64,000 bases of DNA from an uncultured Methanosarcinales archaeon (GTDB lineage: Archaea > Nanobdellota > Nanobdellia > Woesearchaeales > CAZYIM01), in assembly GCA_964647565.1 (NCBI GenBank), contig CAZYIM010000003.1, positions 1 to 64,000 on the forward strand, given 5' to 3'. Each line of letters opens with the position of its first letter. Within the stretch, counting starts at the first letter, position 1. Position numbers and translations under genes: made by a program. This document shows, piece by piece, positions 1-11,000 of the stretch. The notes beneath the pieces are model-generated. The model did not search any database. It was given only the letters and a program-made list of their open reading frames with translations, and was not told the DNA's origin.

Positions 1-726
1 AAAAATTAGTCCTAATGTATACTTCCAAAGGTTATCGGAAATCCGTTTAGTGAATTTGAAATCCTCGTACTCAGGATATATCAGTATCTCTTTTTTCTTA
101 TAGCCATTAATAATGAAAAAAGGCCCTTTTTTCCTGACAGTATTCAGGATCAGGAGCATGAATATCCTCTTTTTTATCTTATTATTGTCATCAATGTTTA
201 ATAATGTTTTTGTTTTTTTCAATACAGAATATCCTTCGCTGAACGGATCCTCTGACTTTAATAGCTCTATCAGTTCCAGGTTGCTCGTAGTCTCAGTCTC
301 ATTCATCTCATTTTCAATCTGGTTTTCAGCCTGAGTCTCAAATAAAGAGACTTTTGTAAAAATAACCCTATAACTCTGGTTTACTATGATGTCAAATTGC
401 TCTTCCTCATATAGATCAGAGAACATCTCTAGCTGTTCTTGACTATAATAAGTAGTTTCGTTTGTGTTGAAATTGATGGTCTGGAATCCTACGGTCAGGC
501 TTCCATTATCTTCCAGGAACCACTTGATTTCCCTTGTTGTGACCTGCTCTTTAAAATTTTTTACATCATTCACTAATAGGATGCCTGTAATTACAGCGAT
601 GATAAGTACAATAAAAAAAACAGTGGCTAAGATTCGCAATACTAGTTTGAAAAAGCGCATGATTACTGCCAGAACTAAAATAGCTACAATGACTGCAACT
701 ACAATGAAAACAAAATCCCCGAGCAT
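1..726 (-). CDS. Membrane-anchored hypothetical protein (3' end runs off window)
   Basis: Manual translation from ATG at 726 (MLGDFVFIVVAVIVAILVLAVIMRFF...) is open to position 1, with two N-terminal hydrophobic segments. Absent from the ORF track because no stop lies in the window. Confidence 0.7.
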   Translation of the reverse strand, partial: MLGDFVFIVVAVIVAILVLAVIMRFFKLVLRILATVFFIVLIIAVITGILLVNDVKNFKEQVTTREIKWFLEDNGSLTVGFQTINFNTNETTYYSQEQLEMFSDLYEEEQFDIIVNQSYRVIFTKVSLFETQAENQIENEMNETETTSNLELIELLKSEDPFSEGYSVLKKTKTLLNIDDNNKIKKRIFMLLILNTVRKKGPFFIINGYKKKEILIYPEYEDFKFTKRISDNLWKYTLGLIF

Positions 727-748
727 GATGTTTTAATTACAAGTTGGT

Positions 749-1438
749 TTATAAATCTTTTGAAGACAAAAGAATAGGATCTGAATAGTCTTCTTTTGAA
801 TAGTATCTTTTGGCATGTTCTACGATAAGTGCATGATATTCGTTGAAGAGTTCATGGTCTTGTTCTAGATTGGTGTGGAATAATGTTTGTATCGCATCAT
901 AGCCAGCCTTTTCACCAATCAAACCCAATCTGGAAAAGATGCGTTTGGTGTAGGCATCAACAACAAAGACTGGTTGCTTGAAAGCGTATAGTAGCATGGA
1001 GTCGGCTGTTTCTGGGCCAACACCCCAGATGTTGAGGAGTTCATCTCTTGAAGGCGTCTTGCCCTTTAATTCAAGATAGAATTCTGCAAACAGTTTCAGT
1101 TTCTTGGCTTTTTGGTTGAAATAACCTGCAGGTCTTATGGCATCGCAAAGTTTGGGTACAGGCAGAGTTTGTATTTCTTTTGGATCCAGAGCTTTTAGCT
1201 TTTTTAAGTTCAACAATGCCTTCTCAACATTGGTCCATGCAGTGTTTTGTGTAAGAATAGCGCCGATGCAGATTTCAAACCTTTGCTTGTCTGTATTTGG
1301 CAGATCATAATTGCCAGGATGATAACCCCTAAGAGAGCCAGTTTTTGTTGGATTCCTTCCTTTGAAATCCATAAGCGGCCACCAACCTTGTGGACCGTAA
1401 GCTTTGAGAAGACAATCGTAAATTGTTTTTATTTTCAT
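749..1438 (-). CDS. Endonuclease III-related HhH-GPD DNA glycosylase
   Basis: GPQGWWP, GAILTQNTAWTNV, HhH motif LLNIWGVGPETADSMLLYA and VVDAYTKR. Confidence 0.9.
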   Translation of the reverse strand: MKIKTIYDCLLKAYGPQGWWPLMDFKGRNPTKTGSLRGYHPGNYDLPNTDKQRFEICIGAILTQNTAWTNVEKALLNLKKLKALDPKEIQTLPVPKLCDAIRPAGYFNQKAKKLKLFAEFYLELKGKTPSRDELLNIWGVGPETADSMLLYAFKQPVFVVDAYTKRIFSRLGLIGEKAGYDAIQTLFHTNLEQDHELFNEYHALIVEHAKRYYSKEDYSDPILLSSKDL

Positions 1439-1563
1439 AATTCGGGTTAATTAGTATTAAGTTGATTATATATTTTGTTTTTTTCCACCACACGTTTTTT
1501 TAATGCTCAGATTTCATTTAATCATGATATTGGTTTTAAATAAATTTGTTCCACAACCTTATC

Positions 1564-2922
1564 TTAAATTGATGCGACTCTTTCAAGATTTTTCTTGGTT
1601 TTCTCTAAATCTTTGGGGAACTGCTTCGCGTAGTATAATGCCAGCTTTGCTGAATCTTCTTTATTGATTGTTTCTCCATCAAAATAACCTTTATATTTTG
1701 CATGGTCTAGAATCTTGTCTGACATTGATTTACTGTTTTCAACCATGTCTACGACTGGTTGGATGACTTTCTTGTATTTCTTTGGCATGTTTGCTCTAGA
1801 AAATTTAAGGAACCTCTTAACGTATTCTCTAACTTCTTTTTTTGCATGTCCTTTGTAGATACTCCAGTATTGCAGTTTATTTCTCAGATAGCTATGTGGT
1901 GGAATGTATAATATGCTATTTTCCATCTTAAATGGTTCTTTTATTGCAAAATCTGCTGGCATGACTTCAATGAATTCTCGTTGGATTGTTTTCAGATTGA
2001 ATTTGAACAGGACTGCGATGGCTAGTGATATTGAAAGGAAGTTTGTGTCCATGCTCCGGTGTTCGAGAGTTCCAACTTTGTTTATCTTTACCGGGTTCCA
2101 GCTGATATCAAGAGGGCTTGGGTATATCTTGTTAATGTCTGCTTTCGGATCGGCTTTTCTTGCTAATAATCTCCATCTTTTCCATCTTTTCTGCACTAAT
2201 TCCATCACATCAGTCATTGTGTGCTTGTATGGTTGTAGATTTGCGAACATCTGATGTTTGGTGTAAACTCCATCTTTAAACTTTAGTTTGACTCCGCCTC
2301 TATAGAGCAGGTTTTTCATGTCTTTAGAAACATTTTTTCCATCGAAGAATGGTGAGCTTTGTGCAAATAGGGTCATTGCAGGGTCTGCAGCGATTGAGAA
2401 ATTGTATGAGCTGACGAAGCTTCTTGTGAGTTTGCTGTCAATCATTAGTCGAAGGTTTTTCTTCTTCTCATCGAAAACACCTTTGGGCAATGAGTAGTGA
2501 CAGTGAAATCCTGCTGAGTTGGGTAGCAAATCAAATTTTTCTCCAAATATCTTTTTTTGTAAATTGTATGTCTCTTTTGTCCCATATAGTATTGGAAATT
2601 TTTGTGGGTATGTCCCGAAAGGATATATCATCAATCCCATTTCATCTATAATTTGGTGGACTTTCTCTAGCGAATCTATTAAATGCAGAGCAGGATTATA
2701 GGTTTGCACACTCGGGATTGTTGTTAGTTCAAAGAAGTTGTTTCCACATTCTTGAATTATTGGCACAGTCTCATCTTTTTCCTTGACTGCTTTCAATATA
2801 TCAGGTGATCTGTTCTGTGGATAGCCTTCCTTGTCAATTATGTGACATTCAATTTCAAAACCTAGTTTTGATTTCTTTAATGGTTTTGTACTATGATTCT
2901 TGTTTAAATTTACCAAATCCAA
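1564..2922 (-). CDS. Glutamate-cysteine ligase (GCS2)-like carboxylate-amine ligase
   Basis: LGFEIECHIID, ELTT, GFHCHY, SSPFFDG and GTLEHRSMD match GCS2-family motifs. TTG start with GAGGTGG upstream; start uncertain. Confidence 0.7.
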   Translation of the reverse strand: MDLVNLNKNHSTKPLKKSKLGFEIECHIIDKEGYPQNRSPDILKAVKEKDETVPIIQECGNNFFELTTIPSVQTYNPALHLIDSLEKVHQIIDEMGLMIYPFGTYPQKFPILYGTKETYNLQKKIFGEKFDLLPNSAGFHCHYSLPKGVFDEKKKNLRLMIDSKLTRSFVSSYNFSIAADPAMTLFAQSSPFFDGKNVSKDMKNLLYRGGVKLKFKDGVYTKHQMFANLQPYKHTMTDVMELVQKRWKRWRLLARKADPKADINKIYPSPLDISWNPVKINKVGTLEHRSMDTNFLSISLAIAVLFKFNLKTIQREFIEVMPADFAIKEPFKMENSILYIPPHSYLRNKLQYWSIYKGHAKKEVREYVKRFLKFSRANMPKKYKKVIQPVVDMVENSKSMSDKILDHAKYKGYFDGETINKEDSAKLALYYAKQFPKDLEKTKKNLERVASI

Positions 2923-3140
2923 GTTCTTCCACCTCTATGCCTAGTATGTTGGAAATATCATCTATCAACTTTTTAAGCTCATTTCTTTTCTTCATATAAC
3001 CTTACAGAAAGACGGTCATTTAATAAACTTAGTGATATAATCTGAATCCTTTCCTGACATTTAAACTTTTATTTTATTCTCTCTAGGAAATAGAATTAAC
3101 TCTGCGGACTATTTTTGTGGCTATAGAAGATGTCTTAATC

Positions 3141-3641
3141 CTAACGACTCCTGATTCCTCTCCATATCATATTCCTGGTTATGCGAGTTAGATACTCTCT
3201 ATCAGTCCGTATAGGGTTTTTTGCCCATTCATTCAAATATTCGAACATATGTGTTAGGTTATCTTCAAAACTTTCTGTGTATGGATATGCATACTGAATT
3301 GCTATTAAACCAGGTTTTTGTTTAAGTGATGATTCCATTATTTCTGAGGGATAACTTTTCCAATCCTTCTCACTCCTTGGTCTGATGCCCACTAATTTTA
3401 AATCCCCTCTTGCTAAATTATACCATTGGAACGTTTCATCTATGCCATATTTCCTTAAGGCTTGACCCATAGGCGTTATTCTTGGATCCTGTAAGGGTTT
3501 ACCCAGACTATCTAATTCTGAGCCATTAATAACTTCCTCCAGATTTTCATGCGCATTGATGTCCATGGTTCGGATCTTATAGATATCAATAGGTTTGCCC
3601 TTTAAGCCCAGACATTTATGAACATAAATTAAGTTCCCCAT
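3141..3641 (-). CDS. Bacterial-type sugar transferase (phosphoglycosyl transferase domain)
   Basis: IYKIRTM, DPRITPMGQALRKYGIDE, GDLKLVGIRP, KPGL. Confidence 0.85.
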   Translation of the reverse strand: MGNLIYVHKCLGLKGKPIDIYKIRTMDINAHENLEEVINGSELDSLGKPLQDPRITPMGQALRKYGIDETFQWYNLARGDLKLVGIRPRSEKDWKSYPSEIMESSLKQKPGLIAIQYAYPYTESFEDNLTHMFEYLNEWAKNPIRTDREYLTRITRNMIWRGIRSR

Positions 3642-3691
3642 ATTCTAAAATAGGGGGAACAGTCTTAAATATATAAAGCTATCTTCAGAAA

Positions 3692-4102
3692 TCAGAATAC
3701 ATTCTTTTTTTCAGTCTCTTTTTTCTCTACTTTGAGATTTAGCTCTTTATCGTTGGGGTGGCTTATGATGAATCTATAGCCGCCTGCCTTAGTACCCATA
3801 GTTCGTTGTATATCCTTCTTTATGGTGTTGAGATGGCTCCATGCTGCTTGGTGCGCAAGTTCTTTTTCACCCATTAGTTTTGTTTTACTGAACCTTTCGA
3901 CTTGGATAAGGTCGTCATAGAATGGTGCTGGTGAGTTATTAGGCTTGAAATGGAGCCTATATTGGGCTTCGTCATTTCCAATCACTCCAATATGTTCCTC
4001 TTCGACACGCATGTCGAGCTCTCCGGCTTCTGCTTTTCTCATGATCCTATCTATTGCAAAGCGCTTGTTAGCTGCCTCTGCTTCCATGTGATTGAGACCC
4101 AT
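3692..4102 (-). CDS. Hypothetical protein
   Basis: 136-aa ORF with ATG start, fits between neighbouring minus-strand genes. Confidence 0.6.
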   Translation of the reverse strand: MGLNHMEAEAANKRFAIDRIMRKAEAGELDMRVEEEHIGVIGNDEAQYRLHFKPNNSPAPFYDDLIQVERFSKTKLMGEKELAHQAAWSHLNTIKKDIQRTMGTKAGGYRFIISHPNDKELNLKVEKKETEKKNVF

Positions 4103-4153
4103 ATAGCTAGAGTTAGGACTATTAATTATAAAAAACTTTCTAAGAAAACGAGC

Positions 4154-4531
4154 TTAAATCAATACTGCATTAAGGGTGCCTTCCTGACCTGGTCTTGAGG
4201 TTACCTTGGCTTTTCCCTTGTCTGTCTCGATAATTGAGCCCTTGACTATGATATTTCGCCTGACAAAGTGCCTATTTGAGGGTGTCTCAACCACGCTCTT
4301 GATGCCCACAACCTCGTATTTCTTGGTTTTGGGATCAAGTACATTAGCTTTGTTGGTTGAAAGTAGCCTAGTCTTATGATTACCGCCTCGACTTCTTATG
4401 TTCTGAGTTTTCCTTTCACTTATCTTGGTCAGAGTCGGTTGGGCGCCTTTTGCAGCCTTTCTCTTGGTCAGAGTACTCTTATATCTGCCGCCGGAGGGCT
4501 TTCTTTTTGATCTTGTATGTACTATTACCAT
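4154..4531 (-). CDS. rps8e: 30S ribosomal protein S8e
   Basis: MVIVHTRSKRKPSGGRY...RSRGGN...RRNIIVKGSIIET...VTSRPGQEG; true start taken as the ATG at 4531. Confidence 0.97.
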   Translation of the reverse strand: MVIVHTRSKRKPSGGRYKSTLTKRKAAKGAQPTLTKISERKTQNIRSRGGNHKTRLLSTNKANVLDPKTKKYEVVGIKSVVETPSNRHFVRRNIIVKGSIIETDKGKAKVTSRPGQEGTLNAVLI

Positions 4532-4616
4532 ATCGTCTAGGAAAAATATTTCGTTTAAAAGTGTTTTGGTTTTTGAGGTCGTAGTCTTTTGTTGGTGGAT
4601 ATTTCTCCTGCTACTG

Positions 4617-4702
4617 AAAATTACTATTCCTTCCTGGCACAGACGGACAAATGGGATTTGTCCTACTCGTCTTCGACTCGCCTGGCCAGGAATAGTAATT
4701 TT
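4617..4702 (-). repeat. Dispersed structured intergenic element, copy 1
   Basis: 15-bp outer inverted repeat AAAATTACTATTCCT/AGGAATAGTAATTTT; core on minus strand GGCCAGGCG-hairpin-GAGTAGGAC-hairpin-CGTCTGTGCC. Confidence 0.75.
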
Positions 4703-4843
4703 ATTAACGCTCCATCCTGCCATGAATGCTTATTTTCTTTGTTAATTTATAATTATATTATTTACTATTTTTAATTAATTTTAATAATTAATTAATCATT
4801 TAATTATAACTGCATAAAAAGAATTTCTCGACGAGAAAATAGA

Positions 4844-5008
4844 TTAATCCTCTTTATCAGGATTATCTATCAAAGAATTCAGCTCTTCTTCAATGTCAGG
4901 TCCTTGGATTACTCCCTCTTTTCTCAGAATATTTATCAACGCCTGAAGTTTGAGCTCATTTATCTTGATCTTGCCTTTATTATTGATTATTTCCATCTCT
5001 TGATCCAT
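4844..5008 (-). CDS. Small hypothetical protein (54 aa)
   Basis: Manual translation MDQEMEIINNKGKIKINELKLQALINILRKEGVI...; AAGGTGA Shine-Dalgarno upstream. Confidence 0.6.
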   Translation of the reverse strand: MDQEMEIINNKGKIKINELKLQALINILRKEGVIQGPDIEEELNSLIDNPDKED

Positions 5009-5017
5009 AATATCACC

Positions 5018-5335
5018 TTATTTGCAATAACATTTACAAAGATGGCAGTTTGGTTCTCTGTTGGTAAATTCAACGTGATCAATTGTTCTTTCCAAGCTCT
5101 CGCATTGTCCTCTACATCTGACTTCACACATACCTTGGTCTTGCAAAGGGTGTAGAACACTACCCATAAAAGGGCCACATTTATCTTCGATGTCAAAGGA
5201 TATTGGTTCTGACCCGATTTTGGGAGCTAATATGAAAAATAAAGTAACTGCCACTGCTACAACACTGATTATCAGACCTAAGATTATAAGGTTCTTGGTT
5301 TTCTTGAAACTCTTAACTTTTCTTTTTCTTTCCAT
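5018..5335 (-). CDS. Membrane-anchored Cys-rich small protein
   Basis: Basic N-terminus, one TM helix, then a Cys-rich C-terminus (C...CEVRCRGQC...CHLCKCYCK); start uncertain. Confidence 0.65.
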   Translation of the reverse strand: MERKRKVKSFKKTKNLIILGLIISVVAVAVTLFFILAPKIGSEPISFDIEDKCGPFMGSVLHPLQDQGMCEVRCRGQCESLERTIDHVEFTNREPNCHLCKCYCK

Positions 5336-6473
5336 TCTTTTCCTCCTCTGAACCACGAGACTCTAGGTCCTTGCCTTTACAATCATAATATTGTTCGTTT
5401 AAGTATTTTATGGAAATCATAACCAAAGCAACAACAATTATGAGAACAGCAAAAAACATGATTATGAAAATACTATTTTGGGAGAATCCTAATTCTTTTA
5501 TGTCGTTGAAAGATAGGAATAATGAAAAACCGTATATGAGATAAGCTAATCTGGTCGCAAACTCACCTCCCGTAAGAAGAAACGCAGTTCCTAAAACAAA
5601 GGTGATGGCCAGACCTGCAATTGTGATCATTATGTCTGTCATTTCAGTCTTGTTCTCACAAACCATCTCTGTGTGCGGGTAATCATGAATATCAAACACT
5701 ACGGCCTTTGAATGTTCACACCCGTATGCTTTTGCAGTTAATGCATGTCCGAGTTCATGGACTGCGATGGTGCTAAAAAAAATAAATGCACTTAAGCTTA
5801 CTACATAGAGCAAATATCTGATAAAGAGACCAGTTACAGATCTCTTCTTTTTTTCCTTGAGTTTCCTGACGAAACTAAGACCGCACATTTTGACATCATA
5901 AAAGAAGCACAGAATCATCAGGAACAACAGGGTGTAAGGGATGAATAGTAAAGATTGGGTTGAAGTTATGTTGAAAAAAACAATACCTCCAATTATAATG
6001 GATGTGATAGCGTATGCCAAACCGTACCAACCCGCCTTTTTAAGGCATAGGTTCTTGAAAATTATTAGATCCAGCATGACAGGTATTATGACCAGGTTAG
6101 AAAGAACATAAAGTAATATGAAAAACTTATCAATTCCATAGGGGATTACAATAAAGGACAATAGGAAAAGAAATAGCAGATATAGAATCTGTTTCTTGTT
6201 CTGTATGATATAAATGATGATTAACAATAATGCGCTGGTGAACTCAGCAAAGATCGACATAATTAGCATAAATTCGTTGTGGCTGACAGATTGGAGCTTC
6301 AGGAACCAAAGAAGATTGAGGAAAAAGGATATGGTATAGATGATGCCTATCAATCCGATGGGCTTTTCAATACCGCAGCTCTTTTTGTATTTGGACCAGG
6401 CTACGTATGTATAGAAACATATGAAAGCCACTGCCAAACTTGTGATGCTGTTAAGAAGAAATGTATAATCCAC
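5313..6473 (-). CDS. Polytopic membrane protein with C-terminal M50-like HExxH metalloprotease domain
   Basis: About 7 N-terminal TM helices, then VHELGHALTA and ITIAG followed by further TM helices. Confidence 0.7.
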   Translation of the reverse strand: MDYTFLLNSITSLAVAFICFYTYVAWSKYKKSCGIEKPIGLIGIIYTISFFLNLLWFLKLQSVSHNEFMLIMSIFAEFTSALLLIIIYIIQNKKQILYLLFLFLLSFIVIPYGIDKFFILLYVLSNLVIIPVMLDLIIFKNLCLKKAGWYGLAYAITSIIIGGIVFFNITSTQSLLFIPYTLLFLMILCFFYDVKMCGLSFVRKLKEKKKRSVTGLFIRYLLYVVSLSAFIFFSTIAVHELGHALTAKAYGCEHSKAVVFDIHDYPHTEMVCENKTEMTDIMITIAGLAITFVLGTAFLLTGGEFATRLAYLIYGFSLFLSFNDIKELGFSQNSIFIIMFFAVLIIVVALVMISIKYLNEQYYDCKGKDLESRGSEEEKNGKKKKS

Positions 6474-6660
6474 TTCTTATACCTCTTTTATTGTTATTGC
6501 TCTTTAATACTCTTAATCAAATATTTTTTTCTTTACTATTTAACATTTTTGTTTTTCATTAATGTGTTGGAGGTAATTCTCTTCTGATAATTACATACTA
6601 CGTCACGACTACATAAAGAATACATCAAGCACACAAATATACTATTTTATGTATAAAATC

Positions 6661-6676
6661 GAAAGGTTTAAATATT
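6661..6676 (+). promoter_or_regulatory. Archaeal BRE-TATA promoter of the RHH/surface-protein operon
   Basis: GAAAGG-TTTAAATA about 40 bp upstream of ATG 6714; similar boxes at about 14558, 15836, 18530 and 21178. Confidence 0.6.
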
Positions 6677-6713
6677 AGATATTTCAGATTTTAAAGAATA
6701 CAGTAAGACTACA

Positions 6714-6866
6714 ATGAAAATACATGTATTGAATGTCAGAATTCCCGCAGAGATCAACAACTGGCTAAGTTCTCTCGTTGAAAAAGGTATATACAAAAGT
6801 AGATCTGAAGCAATCCGTGAATTTACTAGAGATTTCCTCAAGGAGAACGTGGGTGAGATTAAGTGA
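6714..6866 (+). CDS. Ribbon-helix-helix (CopG-type) transcription regulator, 50 aa
   Basis: Manual translation MKIHVLNVRIPAEINNWLSSLVEKGIYKSRSEAIRE shows the typical RHH pattern. Confidence 0.85.
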   Translation: MKIHVLNVRIPAEINNWLSSLVEKGIYKSRSEAIREFTRDFLKENVGEIK

Positions 6867-7153
6867 ATGATATCATAGTGTCAATCAGAGTTCCTGAATC
6901 TATACTTCCTAAATTAAAGGATGTTTGTAAAAAAAATCATTTTCTTGACACAAGCGAGCTCATACGGAGCATAATAAGAAAAAAATGGGTAGAGGCTGCC
7001 CATCCTGAACTTTATGAATTAAAGAAATTGAGGTCTGATATTGGTGATGAACTGCATAAACAGGCTACAAGAAAAGCTGAGCAAGAAGTGGTCAAAGAAC
7101 TTGAAAAAATCAGGGCCAGTTTGAAACACGCAGGAGTTAATCATGAGAAATAA
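6863..7153 (+). CDS. Ribbon-helix-helix protein with C-terminal coiled coil
   Basis: IVSIRVPESIL...DTSELIRSIIR; GTGA overlap with the upstream RHH gene. Confidence 0.8.
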   Translation: MNDIIVSIRVPESILPKLKDVCKKNHFLDTSELIRSIIRKKWVEAAHPELYELKKLRSDIGDELHKQATRKAEQEVVKELEKIRASLKHAGVNHEK

Positions 7154-8069
7154 CTACAACAATAAACAGGTATTTATGAAAGCTATAATAGTGTTAAGTT
7201 TAGTTGTACTTCTCTTTTCTTCGAGTCCCCAGCTGATCAGATCAGAAGCCTTGGCAGATATTGGAGAAGGATTTGAAAATGAGAACTATTTGGTCAATAT
7301 TGATGATCTTGTTGAACCTGATACTAAAGGCCAGAATATGCTTGTTGATATTGATAATATTATTGAGCCCGCAGCTGCAAATACTGGCAACGATTCAGAA
7401 ATCGCGATAACCCTTGTGGATCCTGTTGATGGATTTGAGACCAACTCAACCTCGATTTCCTTTAGCTTTACTGCTGAATTCAATGACAGTTTGGCTGTCT
7501 TGTGCAATATATCTGTTGATGCCAGCCTGGTTGAGACCAATATAGCTGTGGAAGATGGACTTGTTGAGGTAGTCGGTCCAAAGGATGTATCGATCGGTCA
7601 GCATAAATGGAATGTGAGCTGCTGGACAGGAGCAATTTTGGGTGAGAGTGAGACCTGGGATTTCGAAATCTTAAACCAGACGCCTATACCTCCAGATCAT
7701 ACATTATATATAATACTGGATGAACCTGAAGATGGTTTCAACACAACAGACAATAATATCACTTTCAATTGGGTAATCCTAACAAATCTTGAGAATATCA
7801 CAGGCTGCAACCTGACAGTTAACAGTGAGATTAAGGCTTCCAACATACTTTCCATTAACAACACGGTAACCTATTATAACCTTACTTTAGATCCTGGCGT
7901 CTATGATTGGAATCTGACTTGTTGGGACGAGCAGGTCATCAACTATAGTGAAACCAGGAGTTTTGAGATCGAGGCTTTGCCTGTTGTTGAATTGAACATA
8001 AGCACTGACAAGACAACATATAACATGGCTGAGCGGTATCGAAATCCTGAATGGCTCATCAAGCTCTGA
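7143..8069 (+). CDS. N-terminal part of a large secreted Ig-like repeat glycoprotein (frame break near 8025)
   Basis: Signal peptide; repeats of the CNxxVD...WNVSCW type with many N-x-S/T sequons; ends in an apparently out-of-frame tail. Confidence 0.7.
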   Translation: MRNNYNNKQVFMKAIIVLSLVVLLFSSSPQLIRSEALADIGEGFENENYLVNIDDLVEPDTKGQNMLVDIDNIIEPAAANTGNDSEIAITLVDPVDGFETNSTSISFSFTAEFNDSLAVLCNISVDASLVETNIAVEDGLVEVVGPKDVSIGQHKWNVSCWTGAILGESETWDFEILNQTPIPPDHTLYIILDEPEDGFNTTDNNITFNWVILTNLENITGCNLTVNSEIKASNILSINNTVTYYNLTLDPGVYDWNLTCWDEQVINYSETRSFEIEALPVVELNISTDKTTYNMAERYRNPEWLIKL

Positions 8070-11000
8070 TGATAGTGCGATTAGTAATTATATCTTTGAT
8101 ATCGACAATACAACAGCTTTTAGCTCATCAAGTATTTTATATGATGGCACTAACAACTTTTCAAGCTTTAATACCAGCAATCAGACGCAGTGTACAGATA
8201 GTGTGATGGCTTGTTATCTAAGACTGAATGTTACAGATGATGACGGCCTTGAGAATTTTACGATAATCACTTTTGGTATTGATAACACAGCGCCTACAAC
8301 AATATTGGACAGGCCGGCCAACCAAACCAACATATCTACAAACACATATATGATTAATGCATCTGTAACAGATTCAGGCTCTGGTGTTGATACTACACGG
8401 TTCTGGTATAGGCCGGATGGTTCATCATCCTGGATATCAATATGTAATGATTCATCTTCGCCATATAACTGCACATGGGATCTTACAGGTCTTACAGACG
8501 GAATAACCTACGAAGTCATGGTAGGTGCCAATGACTCAGAAGGTAATGTTGCAGCCAATAATACTCACTATAATATTACTGTAGACAAATCAGCACCTAA
8601 TATATCTCTAAATGTGCCAATAGACAAATATAATTCAAGCAACAGCTGGGTGCTGTTCAACTTTACTGCAATAGACAAATTCGACAACTCAATGAACTGT
8701 TCGATATATATCAACGGGACCTTCAACCAGTCCAACACATCAACCCAGAACAATACGCCAACAACATTTAACATATCTGGATTTAGCGACCAGTGGTATT
8801 CATGGAACATAACATGTATCGATTATTCAGACAATGTCAACTGGTCAAACACACAGACTTTCAGGGTTGATACAGTCAATCCGAATCTTGTACTGGATGG
8901 ACCAACAAATCAATCAAAGGTAAAGGAGGGCAACTGGATAAACCTCACTGTTAATGACAGTTATGCATTAGATACTGTTTGGTATTCTATAGATGGTGCT
9001 ACCAACCAGACCAGTTTTGTAGGCACTTATGATATTGATACTACAGGCTGGTCAGATGGTTCAACAAGATTACAGGTATGGATCAATGACACATCAGGCA
9101 GAACCAACTACAGCTCATACAACTTTGTTATTGACGGCACAGCCCCTTCAATAGGATTGTATGAACCCCTGCAAGATTATCGAACCACTAATACCTGGAT
9201 ATTCTTCAACTTTACTGCGAATGATAGTATATCGATACCAATGAACTGCACATTGTATATTGTTGGAACTATGAATGCGAGCAATACTAGCACCCTGAAT
9301 AATACTCCAACCACATTTAATATAACTGACTTTAGTGAAGCCATAAGACCCTGGAACGTAACATGTATCGACTCTGTTGGCAACCAGCAATGGTCAGCTA
9401 CTCGGAACTTCACAATTGACTCTACCAAACCTCTTGTCAACAATGTTAACCCTCCAGAAGACTCCCCATATGAGGTGAACGATGCTGTTACAATAACTGC
9501 AAATGTAACTGACAATGTTGCAGTTGATACTGTCTTTGCAAATGTGACATGGAATGTGAGCCAGCAGACAGTTGCTATGACAGATCCTGACAGCGACGGC
9601 ATCTATTCAGGAACCTTCTCAGGCACTACTGAGCTGACAACATATAATGTGACCATAGTTGCCAACGATACGCTTGGATATGTCAACAACTCTGCTAAGA
9701 CCAATTTTACTGTCATCGTTGCACTGACAAATCTGGGCACTCCTAATATGGCAAACCTGACAGACGGCCCCAGTATCTTGACTTTTGGATTTGGAGGTGA
9801 TAACAACAAAAATGTCACCAGCCAGTTGGCCAATGAGGATGGCAGTTGCACCAACTCAACTTGTGCTGACATGGATGAAAGAGCAAACTACCAAGGTGCT
9901 TATCTTGATTCCAATTGGATCAACAGTATTGATGCAGGAAGCACTATCACTGATGCAAGAGTGAGATTAAAATGGGACTATGACAGTGCCAAGGGCGTGC
10001 CTAATCCTGAAGCCTATTTCTATTATAAGAATGCCTCTGGTTGGGTTGCGGTTAGCGGATGCCAGGATTTATCAGTTCCATTGTCAGCATCCTCCTACAT
10101 CTGCAACTTAGGCTCTTACATAGATACAGTTGCGGAGGCTAATAATGCTACTATAAGGATACTTACTAATGATAGTTGGGCAGGTGCTGCTGGAGATGAG
10201 CCCGAAGCCAGAATATGGGTTAATGTCATCAACCTATCTGTTGGATATTATGATTCGCAAAAGCCTGCAGTCAGGGATGTCAATGCAACTCCTTCACCTG
10301 CTAACATTTCTGATACAATCAACATAACAGCCAACATAACTGACAATACTGCAGTCAATAGAAGCCAGGCAAATATATCATATCCCAATGGTACAAGCAC
10401 TCTTTATAATATGAGTGCAAATGGTGACATATGGTATTATGAGTTCTCCAACACGATAGTGGTTGGAACATATAATGTTACTTTTGTTGCATATGATGAA
10501 CAGAACAATCTTAACAATAGCGAGAGCACGAATTTTACTATTAATGATGTTGTTGCACCCAATGTCACTATAAACCTACCAGTCGACACACACAATACCA
10601 CTAATACCAGCATGAGATTCAACTGGACACCGACAGATGACACAGACAGCAGTCTAAATTGCAACCTGACTATTGATGGAGGGATCAATGTTTCGGGCCT
10701 GACAGCAACCAGTGGTTCGTGGAGCAATATTACTGTAGATAACATTACATCAGGAACACACTCATGGAATGTGTCTTGTTGGGATGGCTATGATAACAAG
10801 AATACCAGCTTGACACGGAATTTTACAATTGTGGCAGCGCCCTCTAATCTGAACACAACCATCAGTAACAACGGTAGCAATCTTACTATTTCCTGGCCAG
10901 ACCTAGGATACGCGGATTCATATAACATATATATCACCGAGGATTACGGTGCTGGTTTTGGAAATGCTCCGAATGTGACAGGTGTTTCAACTAACCAATG

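Noticed and set aside
2890..2995. Programmed frameshift joining a short upstream ORF (ATG 2995) to the GCS2-like gene at TTTAAAC
   Set aside because: The join would need a +1 shift, not the -1 that this heptamer promotes, and a TTG start with an RBS explains the gene
4532..4723. N-terminal extension of the S8e ORF (189 aa in the ORF track)
   Set aside because: S8e homology starts at ATG 4531; the extension runs through the promoter and a structured repeat
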